A DNA stretch of 64,000 nt, from contig JAGCUN010000015.1 in the NCBI GenBank assembly GCA_017962845.1, positions 84,539 through 148,538 of the forward strand, read 5' to 3'. Each line of letters begins with the position of its first letter. Position 1 is the stretch's first letter. Shown here one piece after another: positions 17,752 to 23,726 of the stretch. A program made the translations under genes and the position numbers. Source of the stretch: Bacteroidales bacterium (GTDB lineage: Bacteria; Bacteroidota; Bacteroidia; Bacteroidales; WCHB1-69). Below the pieces are notes generated by a model that had not been told where the DNA came from, made no database searches, and saw nothing but the letters and a program-made list of their open reading frames with translations.

Positions 17752-18522
17752 TTAAGGCTCCAATGATTTGGCCTGCTGCCACAATTGTTCCATCTCGTCA
17801 AGATTAAGTTCAGCAATGGAGCGGCCTTGTGCGCGGGCAGTGTCTTCAATATATTTGAACCTCCTGATAAATTTCTTGTTGGTCTTTTCCAAAGCGTCTT
17901 CCGGATGAATGCCACTATGGCGGGCGTAGTTGATGAGCGCAAACATCAGATCGCCAAACTCCTCTTCCCTTTTCTCGGTGTCGTTGTTCATTTCCGCCTT
18001 GAACTCGGCCATCTCCTCTTCTACCTTGTCCCACACTTGGTTAGCATTGTCCCAGTCGAAACCCACCCCGTGGGCTTTGTCCTGTATGCGGTAGGCTTTC
18101 ACCATGGCCGGCAGCGATTGCGGTACGCCGCCCAACACTGATCGGTTACCCTCTTTCAGCTTGATTTTTTCCCAATTCACCTTCACATCTTCTGCATTTT
18201 CCACATGAGTAGTGCTGAAAATGTGGGGATGCCGGCGAATCAGCTTTTCGCAAATGCCATTAAGTACATCCGTAATATTGAAAAGATGCTGTTCATCAGC
18301 GATTTTAGCATAGAAAACGAGATGAAGCATCAGGTCGCCGAGCTCGCCACGCATGTCGTCGGTTTTGTTCTCCAAGATGGCATCCGTGAGTTCGTAAGTC
18401 TCTTCGATGGTAAGGCAGCGAAGCGTTTCAAAGGTCTGTTTCTTGTCCCACGGGCATTTCAGACGCAGCTCGTCCATAATATCGAGCAGACGTTTGAAAG
18501 CTTCTAAACGGGGATCTTCCAT
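17752..18522 (-). CDS. mazG: Nucleoside triphosphate pyrophosphohydrolase MazG
   Basis: 256-aa ORF with tandem MazG domains (CPWDKKQTFETL..EETYE; EEFGDLMFALINYARHSGI). Confidence 0.92.
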   Translation of the reverse strand: MEDPRLEAFKRLLDIMDELRLKCPWDKKQTFETLRCLTIEETYELTDAILENKTDDMRGELGDLMLHLVFYAKIADEQHLFNITDVLNGICEKLIRRHPHIFSTTHVENAEDVKVNWEKIKLKEGNRSVLGGVPQSLPAMVKAYRIQDKAHGVGFDWDNANQVWDKVEEEMAEFKAEMNNDTEKREEEFGDLMFALINYARHSGIHPEDALEKTNKKFIRRFKYIEDTARAQGRSIAELNLDEMEQLWQQAKSLEP

Positions 18523-18545
18523 GGGAAACCTTTTAAAAAAAAGAG

Positions 18546-18618
<73 letters not shown>

Positions 18619-18651
18619 AAAAGGTTGACAAGCAACCTTGTATTTTCTAAA

Positions 18652-19278
18652 TTATTTTTTGCAATCTTTCTTGCAGCCGCCGTCTTTGCAGCAACCCTCT
18701 TTGCAGGTGCAATCCTTGCAACCGTCTTTGCAGCAGTTACCATCTTTGCAGCATTTGCCGTCCTTGCAGCATTTGCAATCTTTGCAACCATCCTTGCAGC
18801 ACTTGCAATCTTTGCAGCAATCTTTCTCGCAGCAGCCTTCTTTCTCAGCGTTGCAGCATTTCTCAGGCATCACGGCATGTTTCCAATGAGCATTGTCGAA
18901 CTCATCGATGAGGGCTTTCTTGCCGGCGAGGTCAGCTTTTTCGAAACCTTCCCATTTGGTCTGGAATTCCTGGATAGCCTGTTTTGCATTGGGGCATTCC
19001 ACCTTTTCCAAATCAACTTTGGAAAGCATGTCGGTGATGAAGCCGCCCTTCATTTCCACCAACTTGGTCTGCTCTTCGGTAGTAAGGTTGTCGAAGTTGT
19101 TCCATTTCTCCATCATCTCTTTGCAGCAGTCCTTCTTTTGGCATTCGGTCTGCTCGCACTGAGTCTTTTCTTCGTTGGCAACCTCTTCGGTTTTCTGATT
19201 GTTGCAAGCCACAAACATCATGCAGCAAGCGGTAAGCATCAAAAATAATTTCTTCATTTTGTTGAAATTTTGATTCAT
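18652..19278 (-). CDS. Lipoprotein with an extremely cysteine-rich, metallothionein-like C-terminal tail
   Basis: 208-aa ORF with signal MNQNFNKMKKLFLMLTACCMMFVAC. The last 71 aa contain 24 Cys (CCEKDCCKDCKCCKDGCKDCKCCKDGKCCKDGNCCKDGCKDCTCKEGCCKDGGCKKDCKK). A -7 box lies 12 nt upstream. Confidence 0.8.
   Translation of the reverse strand: MNQNFNKMKKLFLMLTACCMMFVACNNQKTEEVANEEKTQCEQTECQKKDCCKEMMEKWNNFDNLTTEEQTKLVEMKGGFITDMLSKVDLEKVECPNAKQAIQEFQTKWEGFEKADLAGKKALIDEFDNAHWKHAVMPEKCCNAEKEGCCEKDCCKDCKCCKDGCKDCKCCKDGKCCKDGNCCKDGCKDCTCKEGCCKDGGCKKDCKK
18655..18867 (-). repeat. Imperfect tandem ~15-nt coding repeats (TGC TGC AAA GAT GGn) encoding CCKDG-type units
   Basis: The plus strand shows reiterated ctttgcagca / ccttgcagca units across this interval. 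Confidence 0.85.
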
Positions 19279-19290
19279 AATTTAAGCGTG

Positions 19291-19298
19291 CAAAAATA
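19291..19298 (-). promoter_or_regulatory. Bacteroidota -7 box (TATTTTTG on the minus strand) for the Cys-rich lipoprotein gene
   Basis: The plus strand reads CAAAAATA, 12 nt upstream of the ATG at 19278. Confidence 0.5.
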
Positions 19299-19369
19299 CA
19301 CTTTTATTTCGGATTTTTAGGGGGAAAGAAAAAATTTTTTCTGAAAGCGAGGATATTGGAAATTTTTTG

Positions 19370-19377
19370 TATTTTTG
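19370..19377 (+). promoter_or_regulatory. Bacteroidota -7 box TATTTTTG for tRNA-Cys (and possibly aroK)
   Basis: Exact TAnnTTTG match 12 nt upstream of the tRNA 5' end at 19390. Confidence 0.5.
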
Positions 19378-19389
19378 CAGCCTCAATCA

Positions 19390-19460
19390 GGTCGTGTGGC
19401 CGAACAGTCAGGCACAGGTCTGCAAAACCTGCTAAAGCGGTGCGACTCCGCTCGCGACCT
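19390..19460 (+). tRNA. tRNA-Cys (anticodon GCA)
   Basis: Hand-folded, 71 nt: acceptor GGTCGTG/CGCGACC, anticodon arm CAGGT-CTGCAAA-ACCTG, T arm AGCGG-TGCGACT-CCGCT. The T loop has G where the conserved U55 is expected. Confidence 0.8.
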
Positions 19461-19504
19461 CAACAAAACCTGTTGTATTTCAATGCAATAGGTTTTTTCT
19501 TTTT

Positions 19505-20023
19505 ATGGATAAAATCTTCATAGTCGGTTTTTCAGGTGCGGGAAAAAGCACCGTCGGTAAGCGGTTGGCTTCGCGCTTGGGCTGGCAATTTTACGACACC
19601 GATTCTTTTATTGAACGTAAATATCATCTTTCCATACCCGATTTTTTTGAAAAATATGGAGAAAATGCGTTCCGAATTTGCGAAAATGCCGCTTTGAAGG
19701 AGTTACTCCACGAGCAGCAGGCAGTCATCGCTACGGGCGGCGGAACCCCCTGTTTTTTTGACAACATGGACGAGATGTTGCAACATGGCTGGGTAATCTA
19801 TTTGAAACTCTCTGCAACATCGCTTTTTACCCGTTTGCAGCATTCGCACAAGGCACGTCCGCTGACCGCCGGCAAAGACAATGCCCAGTTGCTGGAGTAT
19901 ATTGAATCGACCTTACAATTACGCGAAACATATTATAATAAAGCGCACTTCAACATGAAAGGCGAGAGTTTATCATTACCCTCTTTGGTGGAAATTGTGA
20001 AAGAAAAGGTTTTGGAAAAGTAG
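19505..20023 (+). CDS. aroK: Shikimate kinase
   Basis: 172-aa ORF with Walker A GFSGAGKSTVGKRLA followed by the DTD motif. Confidence 0.92.
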   Translation: MDKIFIVGFSGAGKSTVGKRLASRLGWQFYDTDSFIERKYHLSIPDFFEKYGENAFRICENAALKELLHEQQAVIATGGGTPCFFDNMDEMLQHGWVIYLKLSATSLFTRLQHSHKARPLTAGKDNAQLLEYIESTLQLRETYYNKAHFNMKGESLSLPSLVEIVKEKVLEK

Positions 20024-20092
20024 CCCCGCCGGGAATCGAACCCGAATTTAAAGTTTAGGAAACTTTCGTTCTATCCATTGAACTACAAGGCC
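20021..20092 (-). tRNA. tRNA-Arg (anticodon CCT)
   Basis: Hand-folded, 72 nt: D arm GTTC..GAAC, anticodon arm AAAGT-TTCCTAA-ACTTT, T arm TCGGG-TTCGATT-CCCGG. The acceptor stem GGCCTTG/CGGGGCT needs three G-U pairs. The tRNA overlaps the aroK stop codon. Confidence 0.7.
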
Positions 20093-20156
20093 AGTTTCAG
20101 GCTGCAAAAATACGGAATTTTTACGTCCCGTGCTGCCGCACTTCCCCAATTTTCTG

Positions 20157-20164
20157 TATTTTTG
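20157..20164 (+). promoter_or_regulatory. Bacteroidota -7 box TATTTTTG for ybeY
   Basis: Exact match 15 nt upstream of the ATG at 20180. Confidence 0.5.
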
Positions 20165-20179
20165 CCGAAATTTTTCATT

Positions 20180-20605
20180 ATGGTACTTTTTCACTCCGAG
20201 ACCCGTTTCCAGCTCCATCATAAGATGATGTACAAAAAGTGGTTGGCCGCCCTCGCCGCCACTCACGGAAAAAAGTTGGGCGACATCAATTACATCTTCT
20301 GCGACGACGACTATCTGCTCCAACTCAACCTTCAGTATCTGCAACACGACACCCTCACCGACATCATCACGTTCGACTATGTGGAGGGTGACCTCCTAAA
20401 TGGCGACATCTATATCAGCGTGGAACGCGTGCGCGAAAATGCCGACATCTTTGGGGTGACTTTTGATGAGGAAATGCTTCGGATTCTCGCTCACGGGCTA
20501 CTCCACCTTTGCGGTTTTAAGGATAAGTCGAAGAAGGATGCGGCGGAAATGCGCCGACAGGAAGCTGCTGCCATGACGCTTTTTTATAAGTTATCAAACA
20601 ATTGA
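20180..20605 (+). CDS. ybeY: rRNA maturation endoribonuclease YbeY
   Basis: Zinc motif HGLLHLCGFKD. The longest ORF (from 20078) would overlap tRNA-Arg and the promoter box, so the start is placed at MVLFHSE (20180). Confidence 0.88.
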   Translation: MVLFHSETRFQLHHKMMYKKWLAALAATHGKKLGDINYIFCDDDYLLQLNLQYLQHDTLTDIITFDYVEGDLLNGDIYISVERVRENADIFGVTFDEEMLRILAHGLLHLCGFKDKSKKDAAEMRRQEAAAMTLFYKLSNN

Positions 20606-20626
20606 TAATCAATATATTATATAAAA

Positions 20627-20638
20627 TTTCACGTGAAA
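20627..20638. promoter_or_regulatory. Perfect 12-bp palindrome TTTCACGTGAAA (copy 1), overlapping the mnmG GTG start
   Basis: Read directly from the sequence. One of three identical copies within 3 kb. Confidence 0.35.
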
Positions 20639-22516
20639 ACTGACACAAATTTTGATGTTTTGGTGGTGGGTGCTGGCCACGCGGGCTGTGAAGCAGCCGT
20701 GGCCGCCGCCAAGATGGGGGCCCACACCCTGCTCGTGTCGATGAACCTCTATCTGGTTGCTCAGATGTCGTGCAACCCCGCTATCGGCGGCATCGCAAAA
20801 GGTCAGATCGTGCGCGAAATTGATGCCCTCGGCGGAATGACCGGCATCGTGACCGACAACACCATGATCCAGTTCAGGATGCTCAACAGCTCGAAAGGTC
20901 CCGCCATGTGGAGCCCCCGCGCCCAGTGCGACAAACAGCAGTTCACCCTCTTCTGGAAGTCCATCCTCGAAAACCAGGAGAACCTCTCCCTCCGCCAAGA
21001 TACCGTCACCTCCCTCCTGATTCACGACAATGAGGTCTGTGGGGTGCAGACGATGCAAGGCCAAACCATCACCGCCAGCAAGGTGATCATCACCGCCGGC
21101 ACCTTCCTCAACGGCCGCATCCATATCGGGGAGGTCAACTTCTCAGGTGGCCGCCTCGGCGAAATGGCCGCCCCCCTCCTCTCCGACCAGCTGCAGGCCG
21201 CAGGTATCACCACCCGCAAACTCAAAACCGGAACCCCCGTCCGCATCGATGGCCGCTCCGTCCACTTCGACCGCATGACGCCACAGCCCGGCGACGAACA
21301 ACCCGCCAAGTTCTCATTCACCGACACCCCTCCCCTCACCCACCAGTTGCCCTGCTACATCACCTATACCAGTCCCGAAGTCCACGACATTCTCCGCACC
21401 GGATTCGAAAAATCCCCCATGTTCCAAGGTCGTATTCAAGGTGTCGGACCGCGCTACTGCCCCTCCATAGAAGATAAAATCGAACGCTTCGCCGACAAAG
21501 ACCGGCACCAGCTCTTCCTCGAGCCCGAAGGAAGAAACACCCACGAGTACTACCTCAACGGCTTCTCTTCCTCCCTGCCCGAAGAGGTGCAAACGGAGGC
21601 CCTTCATCACCTTCCCGGACTTGAAGATGCTGTGGTGCTCAAACCCGGATACGCCATCGAGTACGACTACTTCGACCCCACCCAGCTCCACTTCACACTC
21701 GAATCAAGGGTTCTGCCCAACCTCTATCTGGCCGGACAGGTCAACGGCACCACTGGCTACGAGGAGGCGGCCTGCCAAGGCTTGATGGCTGGCATCAACG
21801 CGGTGCTGTCCCTACGCCACGAACCGCCCTTCATACTCACCCGCAGTCAGAGCTATATCGGCGTCCTTATTGATGACCTCATCACGAAAGGTGTGCAAGA
21901 CCCCTATCGTATGTTCACCTCCCGCGCCGAATACCGTATTTTGCTCCGTCAGGATAATTCCGACTACCGTCTCACTCCGCTCGGCTACCAGCATGGTTTG
22001 ATTTCACGTGAAAGATATGAGGCCATGCAGCAGAAATATGCCGTTCAGAACAATATAGTGGAATGTTTGAAAACCACCGCCGTAGTCCCTCACCAAATCA
22101 ACGACTACCTCACTCTAATCAATTCCCCTACCCTCTCCCAGAAAGTGAAGCTGGAAGTGCTGCTCCGCCGACCGGAAATTCGACTAGAAGACCTGCTTCA
22201 GCACCTTCCCGAAATTCAGGCGACTATTGCCGCCATTACTTCCGACAGGCAACTGTTTCTTCAGGCCGAAACCGACATCAAATATGCCTCCTATATCGAG
22301 AAGGAGGAGGAATTGGCCAAGCGAATGGAAAATCTGGAGGGGGTGAAGCTGCCCGCCGACATCGAGTACGATCCGCTATCCTTCCTTTCAAAGGAGGCTC
22401 GCGAAAAACTCAATCGCATCCGGCCCCTCAATCTCGGACAGGCATCCCGAATCAGCGGAGTGAGCCCCGCCGACATTTCAGCCCTTCTTATCTTTCTCAG
22501 TCATCCAGCAAAGTAG
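20633..22516 (+). CDS. mnmG: tRNA uridine 5-carboxymethylaminomethyl modification enzyme MnmG (GidA)
   Basis: 627-aa ORF with FAD motif DVLVVGAGHAGCEAA and GidA-like sequence throughout. It has a GTG start with no in-frame ATG before the Rossmann motif. Confidence 0.97.
   Translation: MKTDTNFDVLVVGAGHAGCEAAVAAAKMGAHTLLVSMNLYLVAQMSCNPAIGGIAKGQIVREIDALGGMTGIVTDNTMIQFRMLNSSKGPAMWSPRAQCDKQQFTLFWKSILENQENLSLRQDTVTSLLIHDNEVCGVQTMQGQTITASKVIITAGTFLNGRIHIGEVNFSGGRLGEMAAPLLSDQLQAAGITTRKLKTGTPVRIDGRSVHFDRMTPQPGDEQPAKFSFTDTPPLTHQLPCYITYTSPEVHDILRTGFEKSPMFQGRIQGVGPRYCPSIEDKIERFADKDRHQLFLEPEGRNTHEYYLNGFSSSLPEEVQTEALHHLPGLEDAVVLKPGYAIEYDYFDPTQLHFTLESRVLPNLYLAGQVNGTTGYEEAACQGLMAGINAVLSLRHEPPFILTRSQSYIGVLIDDLITKGVQDPYRMFTSRAEYRILLRQDNSDYRLTPLGYQHGLISRERYEAMQQKYAVQNNIVECLKTTAVVPHQINDYLTLINSPTLSQKVKLEVLLRRPEIRLEDLLQHLPEIQATIAAITSDRQLFLQAETDIKYASYIEKEEELAKRMENLEGVKLPADIEYDPLSFLSKEAREKLNRIRPLNLGQASRISGVSPADISALLIFLSHPAK
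22002..22013. promoter_or_regulatory. Perfect 12-bp palindrome TTTCACGTGAAA (copy 2), inside the mnmG coding sequence
   Basis: Read directly from the sequence (ggtttgaTTTCACGTGAAAgatat). Confidence 0.3.
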
Positions 22517-22649
22517 TCTATCTTGTTGATAAATAGAGTAGAATTAAAAAAAATGCGATTTTACGCCACACTCCTTTTCCTTGAACTCTTCTATTAAAAA
22601 ATTCCTTTTACTCTTTCATTCTCCATATTCTATAATACGATGTTGTTTA

Positions 22650-23465
22650 TCAGCATTTTATTTCGTCGTTTGAAGCAAGGAGCTTTCTTTTGAGAAGAGC
22701 ATTCTTCCCAAAAGAGTTTTTTCGGATAAAATCTCTTAAAGCAGGAGCATAAATTCTCGACAATTCAAAAGATTTTTTCCGCACATAAATCGTATTCTGC
22801 TCCACCTTCTCAATATGCATCATGTTTACAATGACCGATTTGTTGATCCGGATGAATAAGTCATCCGGCAGCAACTGGCCAAAATTTTTGATGGTGGAGT
22901 TGTGATAGGCCACCCTTCCCCTTATTGACTCTACTTTAAGACCCAATGGGGTTTTTACCACTAACGCGATATCCTCTATCGCCATCCTGCATTGTGTTTT
23001 CTTATAGTTGAGGAAAATATTGGTGTGTTCCACCTTTTTCTTTGCCTTTCGCGAATATCCACCTTCAGATTCTTTGACGAGATAGGACGTGTCACAGGTC
23101 AATGCATTTTTGATATTCAAAACCTTACTCACCTTTTTACAAAATGTTTCCAAATCCAGTTTAGGGGAAAGATAGTCGAAGAAGCCATTGTCGAGCAGCT
23201 CTGGAATTCGCAATTTGTTGTGGGTAATGGCAAAAATGAAAGGCGGACGATGTACCATTTTTAATACTTCCAACACATTGAATTGCGCCTGGTCCACATT
23301 GATGAACAGAATATCGGGTCTTTCATGATTTAATGTTTCAATCATTTCAATATGATTGTTGAACACATTAGAGATTTCTAAAGAATCAAAGAAGTCAATT
23401 CTCCCGGTGATTTCCTTTTGGGTGCGCGGGTCACCCATAAAAATTGCACAGCTGATTTTTTTCAT
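22650..23465 (-). CDS. LytTR-family DNA-binding regulator with a degenerate receiver-like N-terminal domain
   Basis: 271-aa ORF. The C-terminal region looks LytTR-like (IALVVKTPLGLKVESIRGRVAYHNSTIKNFGQLLPDDLFIRINKSVIVNMMHIEKV). The N-terminus is receiver-like, but the acidic pair reads GD. Confidence 0.75.
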   Translation of the reverse strand: MKKISCAIFMGDPRTQKEITGRIDFFDSLEISNVFNNHIEMIETLNHERPDILFINVDQAQFNVLEVLKMVHRPPFIFAITHNKLRIPELLDNGFFDYLSPKLDLETFCKKVSKVLNIKNALTCDTSYLVKESEGGYSRKAKKKVEHTNIFLNYKKTQCRMAIEDIALVVKTPLGLKVESIRGRVAYHNSTIKNFGQLLPDDLFIRINKSVIVNMMHIEKVEQNTIYVRKKSFELSRIYAPALRDFIRKNSFGKNALLKRKLLASNDEIKC

Positions 23466-23493
23466 AATGTAATTATAATGTTAAGATTGCGTA

Positions 23494-23501
23494 CAAAATT
23501 A
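23494..23501 (-). promoter_or_regulatory. Bacteroidota -7 box (TAATTTTG on the minus strand) for the LytTR regulator
   Basis: The plus strand reads CAAAATTA, 28 nt upstream of the ATG at 23465. Confidence 0.45.
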
Positions 23502-23554
23502 AATATTATTTCGTTTGAAAAACACAGAAAATCTAAAATTCTCATTTATGACAG

Positions 23555-23570
23555 ATTTTCACGTGAAAAT
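23555..23570. promoter_or_regulatory. Perfect 16-bp palindrome ATTTTCACGTGAAAAT (copy 3, extended) in the LytTR/comEC divergent intergenic region
   Basis: Read directly from the sequence. It contains the same TTTCACGTGAAA core. Confidence 0.4.
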
Positions 23571-23699
23571 GGCAGGATTTTAATAGTTTGTGTTTTTGAA
23601 GCAAGAAATGTCATTTTTTTTCTACTTTTTTGCCATTTTTCGATAATTATAGTGGTCTTTTTTAATTCCAACAAATCATCTTATTTCGAGATTTCCTTT

Positions 23700-23707
23700 T
23701 AACTTTG
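23700..23707 (+). promoter_or_regulatory. Bacteroidota -7 box TAACTTTG for comEC
   Basis: Exact TAnnTTTG match 19 nt upstream of the ATG at 23727. Confidence 0.45.
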
Positions 23708-23726
23708 TACAAAATCTTCCCCGACT

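Noticed and set aside
18625-19248. 207-aa plus-strand ORF opposite the Cys-rich gene
   Set aside because: It is the mirror image of the TGC/AAA/GAT repeats (A, F, L and I runs). The minus-strand ORF has the promoter box, a lipoprotein signal and a coherent domain layout.
20078-20179. Upstream extension of the ybeY ORF
   Set aside because: It overlaps tRNA-Arg on the opposite strand and includes the -7 box at 20157-20164. YbeY homology begins after the ATG at 20180.
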